Both the position numbers and the translations under genes were made by a program. From Carcharhinus longimanus (Eukaryota), in assembly GCA_030264375.1 (NCBI GenBank), contig JASCQW010000163.1, forward strand, positions 21,323,300 through 21,387,299: a stretch of DNA of 64,000 bases, in the 5' to 3' direction. Below are positions 37,984 through 50,859 of this stretch, piece by piece; position 1 is the first letter of the stretch; each line of letters starts with the position of its first letter. Under the pieces are notes generated by a model. The model was given only the letters and a program-made list of their open reading frames with translations, was not told the DNA's origin and searched no databases.

Positions 37984-39200
37984 ATTAGCAGACAGGAAAA
38001 ATTTCTGCGAGTATATAAAAAGGAAGAGAGTAGCTAAAGTAAGAACACTGCCCATGAATGGCAACAGTCGAGAATTAGTAATAGGAAACAAGGGAATGGA
38101 AGATTTTGAGCAAGTATTTTCTATCTGTCTTTGCAACAGAAGACAGAGAAAGCATTCCAAGTGGAAAATCAAGAGGCAAAAAAAAAGGAGAAAGTTAAAA
38201 CAATCACAGTCACTATAGAAAAAATACAGTGTAAACGCATGAGACAGAAGGCTGATAAGACCTCTGAAATGGCTGTGTCCATTTCATGTGTCATTGCTTG
38301 TAACCTCCCAATATTCACTACATTTGCAAAGGGTGCAGCAGAAAGCAAAACCACAAATGTAACACTTCTATTCAAGAAAGGAGAAAGAGAGGGACAGAAA
38401 GCATTAGGTTTCCAAAAAAAGCATTCAGTAAGTTGGTCCATCTAAACGTTACTGCAGAACCAAGAATTCATGGTCAAATTATTAACTAAATGGAGAGACT
38501 GCAGCTAAATGAAGTACAGAAGGATCTAGGTGTTCTCATGCATGAATCATAACAGGTTCGTAGACAGGTCCAGCAAGTCATTAAAGGAGGCAAACAGCAT
38601 TTTGGCCTTTATTGCAAAGGGGTTGGTGTTTAAAAAAAAAGGGAGGTTTTGCTGCAATTGTACAGGGTCTTGTTGATGGTACACCTGGAAAAACAGCATA
38701 CAGTTTTAGTCCTCTAACTTAAGATGGGAAACCAATATTGGGGGCAGTCCAAAAGGACATTCACCAAGCTAATTCCTGGGATGAGAAATTATCAAGAGAG
38801 TCAGGGGGCTGTTCCTTGGAGATCAGAAGAGTGAGGGGTGAATTTAACAGAACGTACAAGGTCCTGAGGGGACTTGACAGGATACATAGTGAGATGTTTC
38901 ACTGGAGGAAGAGTCCTGAACAACAAGGCATAGCTACAAGGTAAGGGGCCAGTCAGTTAAAATTGAGCTGCACAGAACTTTCTTCTCAGAGGGTGGTGAT
39001 TGTCTGGAATTATGTGCCCCAAAGGACAGTGAAATATTCAAAGTGGAGATGTATAAATATTTGATAGAGCGAGGATAGAGGGCAATGAGGAAATGGCACT
39101 GAAAACAAGTTGATGCTTACACAGATCAACCGTGATCATAGTGAATAGCAGGGCAGGCTTCAAGGGCCTGTGGGCCCACTCCTGTTTCTATTTCTTACGT
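37984..39200 (+). mobile_element. CR1 LINE ORF2 fragments and 3' tail
   Basis: DRKNFCEYIKRKRVAK, NVTLLFKKGER, YKVLRGLDR, NFFSQRVV..WN..P and tail CCTGTTTCTATTTCTTACG. Confidence 0.85.
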
Positions 39201-39239
39201 GTGTGTGTTGATTAAAAAAAAGTTGTTCAATTTAGGAGA

Positions 39240-39480
39240 TGAAAAGCAAAGTCTTGACAGTTGTTCGTCTTTGAAATTGTATTCCATAGAGCAGTGGGAG
39301 CTATACCATTGATTAACATTTGAGTTGCTCAGATTTACAGACTGTTGATCAAAGAGTTAGGATTATGGGAGTCTGATGGCAAAGTGGAATTAAGGCCATA
39401 ACCAGATCAGCCATCTTATCCAAAGGCACAGTAGGCTCCAGAGACTAAATGGCCTATTCTTGTTCCTATTTCTTGCAATT
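39240..39480 (+). mobile_element. CR1 3' tail fragment
   Basis: GATCAGCCATC...AAATGGCCTATTCTTGTTCCTATTTCTTG. Confidence 0.65.
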
Positions 39481-40379
39481 TGATCTGTTTAAGGTTTGTG
39501 AAGGATTCAATGGAACAGAGGCTTTCATTAAAATGGCTACATTACATCAGCATCCACGAATTAAGCTGATGTGTTATTATCAATAATAGACCCTAAGATA
39601 TACGGATAATGCTAAGTAAATGCAGATATGATCCTGGCTAGAATCACGGTATGAAAACGATCAGGTGCTACTCTTTGCACCAGTAACCCAAACATGCTAA
39701 ATAAATGAAGGGCTGTATATGGAAACCATTTGCTCATATATTCAATAGCTAATACAAATCTTAGAAGCAAGATCTATCTCACGAACTCTGTCTAGAATTC
39801 GGTTCAATCTAAAATGTTCCAGAACTGCTAATGCTAGAAGCCCAGTTGCCACCGTCAATTGATTTTGAAATAGCTTTTGATAAAGGCAAATAAGCATGGT
39901 ACAGTCATGTGGATTGACTGACAGATTCAGGGCTGAATAATTAACTGGTTGCATTCTCAAGCAAAAAATCAGTATTAACGTTAATAGTTCTGCATGAGGA
40001 TTAGTCATTCGTGGAATGTTCCGGCAACTGTTTGGCAACGACTATCTTAAATCAACAACTGAATTAAAGGTGTTACAGGAAAAGTCAGCAAGTTCACAGG
40101 CAACTCACATGTGTGCAGGTACAATCTCAATTAAACGTAACAATCAGGTAGCAAAATTTTATCCAAATTGAATCTAATACAATGCCGTTCTCGAGGAGTA
40201 ATTCCAAATATCCATAAACTTTGCAGTGTTGCGAGCTCAGGATTTCCAAGCAGAAGGCCACTGAGAATATATAACATTAGTCATTGAATGTCCATGACAA
40301 GTGCTGCCAACCCAATGCAAAAATGATTTGGGTGCTTGGATATATTGTTAAGACAAGTAACTATAAAAACACAAAATTG

Positions 40380-41065
40380 ATCATTCCTTTGTTCAAGGCC
40401 TTTGTCCAGCCACAGTTATAATACTGTACCAAATTTTGGTCACCTTGCATTATAGTAGTTTCTGAAGTCCTGGAAAGGATTTAGGAGGACATAAAACATG
40501 AGCACGAGTAGGGCCATATAGTCCCTTGAGTCAGCTTCGCCATTCAAATCATGGTTGATCTTCTGCCTCAACTTCATTTTCCAGCCGACTCGCCATACTC
40601 CCTGATTAAAAAGGGAGGATCAACAATTCTCTGCAATAGATAATTCCAAAGATTCACAATCCCTGATTGAGGTAAGTCCTAAATGATCAAGCCCTTCTGT
40701 TGCAACTGTCTCCATTTTCTAGACACAAATGTGTTGCTAGTGTGAGGTTATCCACTTTGGCAGAAATAATAGTAGGAGGGATTATTATTTAAAGGGTGAA
40801 AAGCTGCAGCATGCTACNNNNNNNNNNNNNNNNNNNNNNNNNNNNNNNNNNNNNNNNNNNNNNNNNNNNNNNNNNNNNNNNNNNNNNNNNNNNNNNNNNN
40901 NNNNNNNNNNNNNNNNNGTAGGCAAGGGAATTAAGGGTTATGGGGAGAAAGCGGGAAAGTGGAACTGAGCCACTTCAGATCAGCCATGATCTTAGTGAAT
41001 GGCAGAGCAGGCTCGAAGGGCTATATGGCCTACTCATGCTCCTATTTCTTATGTTCTTGTGTTCT
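40380..41065. mobile_element. Mosaic of CR1 fragments in both orientations around a gap
   Basis: Minus tail at ~40490-40725, plus-strand body at 40728-40817, and a well-preserved plus tail at 40918-41065. Confidence 0.75.
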
Positions 41066-41684
41066 TAAATATTCAGGTTACAAACCACTTTCTCTCCTCC
41101 ATTTTCCTCAAACCGCATTTCCACAGTTCAGTGTGTGCTTTTGTCAAAAATGCTTCCTGTCCAAGCTCCCAAGAATCTCCACAACTCATTCAACAGCATG
41201 AAGAACTGCCGCATCTTCAGTACAGAGACCAAGAAAAATCAGACTGGAGCAACGAGAAAAGATATAAAGAGGAAGTGGGGAAGATTGTATTATATCTGCA
41301 CTTCAATGTCAGAAAACCCACATTCAGTAATTTGCCAGCATGCAAGCTTTTGATCCTACAATTTTATGGCAATAAGAACAAAATGCAATGTTATTGTTAT
41401 TAGTTCAGGTTTAATGAATGCCCATGATATTGCTTGATTCAGAAATCAGTGCTTTGGAATTACAAATGTCAATTATCAGCTGAATATTGATTTTGAAGGG
41501 GCAAGAGTCAGGAAAAAAAGATGTATAATCGAAAAACTGAAAATAAAGCATGAAAAAGTATTAGAAGTATTTGATGAATTTGAGTTTCAGCAGAAATTTC
41601 TTTAAAAACACACGCTCAGAAAAGAAGCCAATTGACAGCACTTCAGGAAAAACCAAAAACCTGCACTGATATTGCATGGCTACA

Positions 41685-42035
41685 TCTCAAAGCACTTGAT
41701 AGTCTATGAAACACTTGCAATGTGTGGTCATTGTTGTAATTCAGAAATCACAGTAGCCAATTTGTGATCAGCAAGCTCCTGCAAATATCAAATGTAACAA
41801 TAACCAGATAATCTCTTGTTGATTGAGGGGCAAATATTGGCAAGGACACCAGAGATCAGACTACGTTCACCTGAAAAAGGCTTCTGTTTAACACCTCAAC
41901 CAAAGACAAGATTCCCAGAAAAATCAACACTCCCATGCTAATGTGTCAACCTAGATTTTTGAGATCAAATCCTAGAATGGAACTTGAACACAGAACACCT
42001 GACTCAAGAGACGAGTGTGTTACTGACTCAGCTCG
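41685..42035 (-). mobile_element. DeuSINE/SacSINE1-like SINE
   Basis: Reverse has head GAGTCAGTAACACACTCGTCTCTTGAGTCAG..GTTCAAGTTCCATTC and Deu-domain-like GGTGTCCTTGCCAATATTTGCCCCTCAATCAAC...GGAGCTTGCTG..CACAAATTGGCT. Confidence 0.75.
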
Positions 42036-42566
42036 TACTCATATACACACACTATGACAATGAGCCACAGTCAGAGTTACTGTGCAAAGATTAATTGAGC
42101 AATTAATATTTTGCTTCTGCTTTAATTTATTGCATTTTAATATTAAGTTTCACATTGCTAGATTAATTTTTGCTCACCCTTAGAGGATAGCACAGAAAGT
42201 CAAGGTCAAAGGCTAAGACCTGAAATTAATTTTGTGTAGTCTTGATGTTCTCTGGAGCTAGTGAGGTAGAATGGTTTACTCACAAATGTCAGTATTTTAT
42301 TCAAAGCTTTGAGTGTAACCAAAAAAGGCATCCTAAAACTTCTGTGCATTAACAACCAAAATTACATCGAGAATTTTTGTCAAGTGGCACTGCACCTGCT
42401 GTTGCAGACCCAGCACAATCTTCATTTATTTGGTGAAAACACCAGTGAAGTATGATCTGTCCCTTTTATAAATGGCACATAAGTAATTGCTTTAGGAGTT
42501 GCTTAAGGTTTAAGTAAACCTTAAGCATCACTGCAAACATCAGGTGCTCCAAGGGGGTGAGGGGGC

Positions 42567-42568
<2 letters not shown>

Positions 42569-42619
<51 letters not shown>

Positions 42620-42628
42620 CGCATGCAC
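42569..42628 (+). repeat. (GT)21(GC)6 compound microsatellite
   Basis: Directly visible; purine-pyrimidine alternation continues through ATGCAC. Confidence 0.98.
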
Positions 42629-43394
42629 TAATACAAGTTCAAGTAATTTGGCTTTTGTTTCTAATTGCTACATATGACCCAAGCGCACAGCCATCTTTTC
42701 ACCTATTAAGAAAAATGGGTTGAGGTTAGGTTAGAAAGTAAGGCATACACAAAAATTTACAGCACCCAAAAAAAGCCTTTAAACAAACAGGCACAAGTTA
42801 AAAAATTGAATGTCTGCTTCTAGTTAAAAACTGGAATCTTTTAAATTGAACCAGGCTAATTTTGGAGAAAAAAATGGCTTCAAGATTCAGCAGCTTCCTC
42901 AGGCATCACTTGTTTTCAACAGATCACAATTGCTATGGAAACATCATGTTCCTCAGTAACAAAGTCTGAAATGATCTATGACACATGAATGAAAGATGTC
43001 CAAACTCTGACTGAATCATCCCTGCAGCACCAGGCACAATGTCAAGTAAAAAGGCACCAATTTTCAGTTATGGATTAGAGCATAAAAACAGATTTTGCCA
43101 CTGGTTAAAAGGTTAGGTATTTACCCAAAAATAAACACAGTGACTTCCAGTTAAATATTCTGATATAAAGTACTGAAACAATTTGTTCCAACTTTTTTTT
43201 ATTTAAATTATAGAACATAGAACAGTATATCACAGAAATTAAAACAACAATCAAATAAATTACAGCATTTAGAAAATATTACCAAAGTCTACGGGAAAAA
43301 AAACATGTAATATATTATGCTCAGTCAGTAACTGATCTATTCTGAACTTAATAATATCTACCTCTTTTATATTACTGTTATTGGTATTTCACAA

Positions 43395-43800
43395 GATGTG
43401 GTGGCATAGTGGTATTGTCACAGAACTAGTCATGGATAATATTCTGTTGACCCAGGTTCAAATTCATGAAACCATTGTCAATTGTTGTAAAAATCCACAT
43501 GGTTCACAAATGCCCTTTAGGAAAGGAAATCTGCCATCCTTACCTGGTCTGGCCGACATGCAACTCCAGATTCACAGCAATGTGCTTGANNNNNNNNNNN
43601 NNNNNNNNNNNNNNNNNNNNNNNNNNNNNNNNNNNNNNNNNNNNNNNNNNNNNNNNNNNNNNNNNNNNNNNNNNNNNNNNNNNNNNNNNAGATTCACAGC
43701 AATGTGCTTGACTCTTACCAAGCCACTCAGTTCAAGGGCAATTCGACATGGGCAAATATGCTGACCTTGCCACCAATACCCACATCCCGGGCAAGAAGAA
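43395..43800 (+). mobile_element. tRNA-derived SINE (same family as 20328), split by a 100-N gap
   Basis: GTGGCATAGTGGTATTGTCAC head, GGTTCAAAT B box and AAGGAAATCTGCCATCCTTACCTGGTCTGGCC body. Confidence 0.8.
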
Positions 43801-44593
43801 TAAAAATGCGAAGCTATTAAACTTGATTAACATTCCAGAAAATGTAATCATCCCTTCAAGCTGATTTGGCAATAGAAATGTGTTGCTCTCATCAGACAGC
43901 CTAGTCAGTACCCCTAAACTCATTCTTCCCAACTGTGAAATTAAATGTCATCCAGGTGCACATTCACGATATCAATATATTTTGCAGTGCCTTTTGTCTC
44001 ACAATGGTCTTTGGAATCAAGAATAAAAGCGAAACATCTCCCCAGAAGGGCCACATTCAGCTTTTAACAATTATAAATTGAATCCAAAACAAATTAGCAA
44101 ACAAAGAAATTCTAGTCTAAATCCCCAAAATGCAATTCAGAAGATAAAAATTTTGTTCAATCATAGAATCTCAGAGGTATTGCAAACATAAGGATGTTGA
44201 ATAAGCGTCCATAATTCAAGCACCACCTGTCAAAGAATTAGAAGTGGCAGGATTTTTGCCTGCAAATAAAAGAAAATCTTAACACTTTTCAGGTGGAAGA
44301 GTAGTAGAATCAGTTTAATCATTACAGTACTTAAACGTCAGCTTCTTTTTACAGCACATCCAAAATATCAAATAAGAGGGTTGAATATCAGCTTTTCATG
44401 TATTTAACTTTTAATTTTTCACACGTCAAGTGGCTACTAGTTATGCTCTTCAAGAATAAACATTTTTCCCCACTTTCAGGTGCCAACACTCTCCAGGTCT
44501 TAATTTGCATCTGCCTGTGTGGTTTGTACATTTCGGCAATATTTTCAGATCAACTTGCCAAGCACCGAAACATTAATCACAAGAACTTTTTTA

Positions 44594-44594
<1 letters not shown>

Positions 44595-44623
<29 letters not shown>
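44595..44623 (+). repeat. Imperfect (AT)n microsatellite
   Basis: Directly visible. Confidence 0.9.
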
Positions 44624-44628
<5 letters not shown>

Positions 44629-44631
44629 CTT

Positions 44632-46690
44632 ACTCATTCACAAAATGTGGATGTGAACTAAGCCAGCATTTATTTCCATTCGTTAACAGCCCTTCAGAAG
44701 ATGGTCAGTGGTCACCTTGTTGAACTGTTGCAGTCCATGTAGTATAGTTCCATGTACAATGCTGTTAGAAAGGGAGTTCCAGGCCTTTGACCCAGTGACA
44801 GTGAAGGAACACTGGTATCACTGAAGGCAGAATGGTGTTTGGCTCAGCGAGCAGAAGGGAATGAGTGACCAACAGACAGGTGAAGTTCAAAATGAGAAAT
44901 GAGAGGCGATTCATTTTGGTAGGGGACGACAATATAAAATATGGGGTAAAATTCTGAAAGGGATGTATACATGCATATATTAAAAGGTGACAGGAGAGGT
45001 GGAGAGAACACGATATCTTAGGCATTATTAATAGTGACAGAGTACAAGACCTAGAAGATTATGCTGAATTTGCATAAGACACGAGTTAAACTTCACTTGG
45101 AGTACTGTGTACAGCTCTGGGTGCTAAACTATAGGAAGGATGTGACCATGGATGGGACATTATGAGGATCAGTTAAGGAAGTTGTGATTGCTCTCCTTGG
45201 AGGAGATTCGACAGAGCTGTTCAAAATCATGAGTAAGCTGGAGAGAAGAAATAGGAAGAAACTGCACCAGCTCATAAAAGAATTGAGAATGAGTAGGCGC
45301 AGATTTAAAGTGATTTGCAAAAGAAGCAAATGTGAGGTGAGAAAAACATTCACACAGCGAGTAACTTGGTTCTGAAATGTATTGCCTCAAAGTGTGGTAG
45401 AAGCAGGTCCAATTGAGGCATTCATAGGGCACTAATTATTTGCATTGAAATAATGTGCAGTTATAGGGGAAGGCAGTAGACTGGTACAAAATCATAATGC
45501 TCAAAGCAGCACAGACTCACTGCGTCAAATGGCCACCTTCTGCACTGTAACAACTCTGTGATTTGCAGATGATACTCCTGTGCATCTGCTACCTTGGGCT
45601 CCTCACCGTGACAGAGCTTCCCCCACCCGAATTCCCACTGAAACCAGTTTTGCTCGGGCTCCTTGATGCCATACTTGGTCAAATGCTCTCTTAATGTCAA
45701 GAGCAGTCACACTCAGCTCACCTCTTTCTGTCCACGTTTGAACTTAAAGGCTGTAATAAGGCAGGAGCTCAGTGGCCGTGGTAGAGGCCAAAGAGCATCA
45801 GTGAGGCCATTATTCTCATTAAGTATCACTTGACACCTTCCACCACTGAAGATCGAGAATAGATTGATGGGGCTGTACTTCGTGGGTTGGATTTGTCCCG
45901 CTTTTTGTGGATAGGACATACCTAGGCAATATTCTACAATTCCAAGCAGCTGATGTTGTCGCCATACTGGGAGAACATGGGAGCACAGTTAGTCCTGGAG
46001 CACAAGTCTAAAGTTTATTTACCAGAATGTTATCAGGGACTTGGTAGCACTAAGCGCCTTAAGGCATTTCTTGATACCACATAAAATGAATCAAATAGGC
46101 CGAGGACCGCGTGATGCTGGGGATCTCAAGGACAGAGAGATGGATCATCCACCCAGGACTTTCCAGCTGAACATCGTTGCAAATGTTACAGCCTGACTTT
46201 TGCACTGATGTGCTGGGCTCCTCCATTATTGAGGATGGGGATTTGTGGAGCCTCCCCCCATCAAAACCACAGCTTAATGGCAAAGGTAGAGTGAAATGTG
46301 TGTACGGCCATGAAGTTTCAAATTGTGTCTATCACAATTTTGCTAATGGCCCACAAATGGCTTATGCATGGCCTGTTTTGGAACTGCTTGATGTATTCAA
46401 AATCTATCTATTTAGCACAATGGTAGCACCACACAACTCAGTGGTGGGTATCCTCAATACAAAAAAGGTCACTCCTACCAATACTGCCATAGATTTAATT
46501 CATTCGTAGCAGTTAAATTGGTGAGGAAGTAAGTTTTTCCCCTCTTGGTTCCCTCACCACCTGCCACAGGCCCAGTCTAGAAGCTATGGCCTTCAGTTAT
46601 TAGTGGTGCTGCTAATCTTGGTGCTGGATATTGAAGTCTCCCACCCAGTACAGTTTGTGCCTTTATTCAATTGTCCCCAGATATGGGGAT
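44632..46690 (-). mobile_element. CR1/L2-group LINE (second family), fragmented, with nested CR1 at ~44855-45562
   Basis: Tail at 44632-44850, resuming at 45565. Contains LDIK.AFDQVW (GTCAAATGCTCTCTTAATGTCAAGAG) and GDFN (TTGAAGTCTCC) remnants on the minus strand. Confidence 0.7.
44855..45562 (+). mobile_element. CR1 LINE 3' portion nested in the preceding LINE
   Basis: LEYCVQLW, GDSTELFKIM, VRKTFTQRV motifs and tail AAATGGCCACCTTCTGCACTGTAACAACTCTGTGATT. Confidence 0.8.
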
Positions 46691-46699
46691 TGATTCAGC

Positions 46700-47200
46700 T
46701 TCTCACACACATACAGAACAGGAGGTTGCCACTGGGCCATCGAGTCTGCATCATTTCTTTCAAAAGATTAATCCAGTTTGTCTCACGTCTCTGCTCATTT
46801 CCCAATGCCTGCTTTTTTTTTTATCATTTTCATTTTGAAAGCAATCAGTGCATTTGGGTCTATCATCCCATTAGGCCATCCCATCACATCAAATGATAAC
46901 CATCTGTTGAATGTAAAGTTTTTTCCTTTAGCAATTCACTGACATCTGCTCATCAACCCTTCAAACACTACTGTTTGTACTCTTACCTGAACTCTTCATG
47001 ATCAATAACACCTTTATCAAATAAAATCGTCTCTTAGATTTCTCTGCTCAAAGGGGAATAATCAGGTTCTCCAGCCAACTCATCGATTTGTAATCCCTCA
47101 CCACTGGAACCATTCTGGAACAATTCTCTTCTGTACCTGCCAAAAGCTTTCAAATCCTTCTTCAAGTGCCATGTCCATATATTTCACAAAGGTTTGGCAT
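46700..47200 (-). mobile_element. Decayed CR1 3' portion
   Basis: CATACAGAACAGGAGG..CCA..GGCC tail start and CR1-type body on the minus strand. Confidence 0.55.
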
Positions 47201-48899
47201 GACTTGTGATTTTGAAAGTTGATCATAAGGCTTCCCTCACCTAAATAACCGTTTGTTTGGAAAGATTTCTGATGACCACCTCTTTAACACTTAAAAGTCC
47301 AAGTCCTAAAATTTATGTCTCCTCACTGCCCATTCATTTACCAAAAATTAATTCACGGTTTGCCTGCTCAAACATTTGAACACAATTAAATCTCTTCTAC
47401 TTCTGATCTCAACTGAACCCCGCACAAGCAGAGTTAGCATTAGTCGGTGTTTTCCTTGTACAAATTTACTAACAATTGTCAGTAAATCCTGGCCTTTGCC
47501 CAATGACAATTCCCCTCTCAATGATTTAAGCTAGAAATGTGCACAAGGGTTTGATCTCCTGCAGCAGCAACAGGAAGAAAGGATTCAGGAAAGTGTGTGC
47601 GCTAATACAAATGGGAAGATGGAATTTGCTTCATTCGAAGAGCACTATATGAATACAACTTTCTTTTGCTTTATCTCCTTTTGTGGTGTGGTTATTATTT
47701 TGTTTTATGACGCTTTTGTGATCTATCTTGGATATTTAGTTTTATTAAAACTCACTAGTTGGCGAATCCGAATGAGTAACTATGCTTGAATGCAACCTAA
47801 AGCACGAGTTTAAGGAAATTAATGTTTCAAGCCACTGGTTTCAACTCATTAAGTCCTAAATTTAGTATTTTGAGTGAATAGATGTAATATATGGGACAGG
47901 ACAGTGTCCCATCCAATTTCCAATCAGTACCAAGTGCGGCAATTGAGCCATTTTTATGTCAATCTTGGGTTTGATTATGTTGAGCAATGTACCAGTGACT
48001 AACAGGAAAGTCCGAGAACAAACTCTACTGAACTGGAACTCTGAATGGAGCACGAAAGCAAAGAATCATGAATGAATAGTTGGCAAAATCTACCAACTGA
48101 AGAGGTGGAGCCAGGGGAATTGCTTCTCTTCAATTGATTCCTTCTGCAATCATCTTGGTTTTTCCACTCAATTAAGGCTCAGGGATAAGACTTAGATGAT
48201 GAACCTGTAAGGAGCACACAACTCATTCCCATGGCCAATATTTATCAAAAACCTCACCCTGCCACAGCAGGTAGAAACTTGGATTCAAACCCGAAGTGGT
48301 ATTAGCCTGCAGTTTAAAAGACAATTACTTTATGATACATCACATCTATTACCCAGAAAACAAAAATTAAAGATGGAGAACCTCAATAAATATTTGCTCT
48401 GCTCTGCTCTTCGGTTTCTTTCTCTGCACCATTCCCAACAGAAGATTAAATATGCAATCTTTACACAAATCTCTGCCCAAATGTCCTCAGGCATTGTAGC
48501 TACTTAAAATAAGTGAGAAAAAGTATGCTCACCAATTTCCTCATCATCCCTGGAGATGGAGGAAGGCAAATAAAGAGAAATAAGAGGCGAGAGGATTAAA
48601 TAGCTTTCCGAATCAGAAGCAGTGTTTCACAGAAATAGGCTGATGGCTTTGCAGCTGCATATGACAAATGAAAATCATGTAAAAATGAATTGGTCAAAAT
48701 TGGTACTGCCCCAAAGCATCTGTAGGGTAGAGTTAACAGCTAAAAATCAATGGACAAGACGTGGGAAAAAAATCTACACTCGGAAAATAAAAGCATTTCT
48801 CCATTGACATCAGCTACGTATACTTCTTGCACTTCAATTAGCTTGCACAACAATTTTAAAAATAACACTTTATATTAAGGAAAACCAGTTTTCAGAATA

Positions 48900-49735
48900 C
48901 TAACTGTCTCTATCCACCCAAAGCCATCAGTCTTCAAGGATGTCCGCCGAGGATCCATGTTTCACACCCCACTCACTTCTGATGTATATGCAATCCCTCA
49001 CATTATTCCAAAGCATAGTGTTAGTTTTCATATCTGTACTCATGTCACCCCACTCTACCTCCTACTTGCTCTTCAGACCCCTCATTGTCACAGACTGCTT
49101 TTCTGCGAGTGTGCAGAAAATTCTTCCAATTAAATATTGGGAGAACTGAAACTATGGTTTTCCCTTTTGAATTCTTTTCACAACTCACCAATTCCATCCC
49201 TCTCCTTTGCAACAGTCTGAGACTAACCAGGCTGCTCGCAACCTTGGCATTATACTTCCCCAAAATGAGTGTTGCCACATACTTATGCCATTAACAAGAC
49301 AACCTATTTATCTCCACATCACTGCCTGACAGCCTGCCTCTCAGCTTGTCTGTTACCAAAATCCTTATTTGTTCTTTTGTTACTTCTAGATTTGACTCTC
49401 CCAACACTGGCTTGTCTCCCATATTCTACTCTCTGTAAATTGTCATCCAAAACTTGTATTTCCTCCAGCCCATAATCCTCAAGAGGTATTTGTGCTCTAC
49501 TAATTCTGGTCTTTTGTGCATCCCTAATTCGAACTGCTCTACCACTGGTGACTGTTGCCCAGACCCTAGGTTCTGAAATTTGCACCCGACATTCTCACCA
49601 CAGTTTCCTCAAGACACTTCCTAAAAATCCAATTTCTTGATGAAGCTTTCAGTCATCTGACTGATTATCTCCTTATGCAGGTGTCATATCTTGCTTTACT
49701 ATGCTCCTGTGAAGTGCTAGAGGACATCTGACGAC
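48900..49735 (+). mobile_element. L2 LINE 3' portion
   Basis: GVPQGS-like GGATGTCCGCCGAGGATCC, FFQLNIGRTETMVF, TSRFD.S remnants and tail GCTCCTGTGAAGTGC. Confidence 0.8.
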
Positions 49736-50044
49736 AATGAAAGGGTATGTGAAGAAACAGGAGACTAAGCTCGAGTGAAATGTAGACAAAGTTACGAGTG
49801 AACCAAGTTCACAAGAGTCTTTCAGGTTAAAGTGTCAAGCTCTGAAATAGAACTAGCAACTTTCAGTAGGGAATTGTTGGGGGGGGGGAGACGTGTGGCA
49901 GCAATTATCTGTCCATCAATTGAAATTAGTTGGTTCAACAGGCATTAAGCCTGTGACTTTATCAGGTGGTTTATGCAAGAAGACAGGCTTATCAAACTGC
50001 ACAAAATCAGGAAAGTGGGGTAAAGTTGCTACAGTTGTAAACTG

Positions 50045-50242
50045 CCTTAGGATGCTCTTTCCCTTTAAGAGCTAACTGGTGATGATTTTAATGTGAACAA
50101 TACCACACCTCAAGCAAGGAGCAAGTATGAGAAGGACAGGGGCTCATGAGTAATCTCAGCCATTACAGGAATTGAACCCATACTGTTGGTGTCACTATGC
50201 ATCCCAAACCAGCCATCCAGGCAACTGAGCTAACCGACTCTC
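50045..50242 (-). mobile_element. Short tRNA-derived SINE
   Basis: Reverse reads GAGTCGGTTAGCTCAGTTG (A box) and GGGTTCAATTCC (B box). Confidence 0.65.
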
Positions 50243-50499
50243 CAACAATCAGTAAGGAGCACACAAGACGGGAGACTACACCTGGGTGAGGGGACTAAGT
50301 GAGCAGCAAATGAAATACACGTAGTAAGTGAATGCACGGGGGAAAAAGAAAGAGTGGCCGTAAAGGACATTGCATCTCATAACCCGTGTTAAATATTCAC
50401 TGGATTTATCGATACCAGTAAGGTTTATCTGTGTTGATGGTTTATTAAGTTAAGGTCAAGTATAATTAATACAAACAAACCAAACTTTATCAATGAAGT

Positions 50500-50835
50500 T
50501 TTGATTTGATTTGTTATTGTCACACATATTAACATCGCAAAAAGTATTGTTTCTTGCATGCTATACAGACAAAGCGTAACGTTCGTAGAGAAGGAAACGA
50601 GAGACAGTGCAGAATGTAGCATTATAGTCATACCTAGGGTGTACAGAAAGAACAATTTAATGCAAGGTCGGTCCATTCAGAAGTCTGACAGCAACAGTGA
50701 AGAAGCTGTTCTCGAGTTGGTTGGTATGTGATCTCAGACTTCTGTATCTTTTTCCCGAAGGAAGAAGGTGGAAGAGATCATGTCCAGGGTGCATGGGGTC
50801 ATTAGTTATGCTGGCTGCTTTGCCAAGGCAGCATT
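50500..50835 (-). mobile_element. Rex/Babar LINE 3' end
   Basis: Collinear with 32340-32680 and ends GTGACAATAACAAATCAAATCAA. Confidence 0.85.
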
Positions 50836-50859
50836 AAGTGTTTTAAATTGTGACATGGC

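Noticed and set aside
43569-43712. Direct repeat AGATTCACAGCAATGTGCTTGA on both sides of the gap
   Set aside because: Most likely overlapping contig ends around a 100-N placeholder within one SINE, so an assembly artefact.
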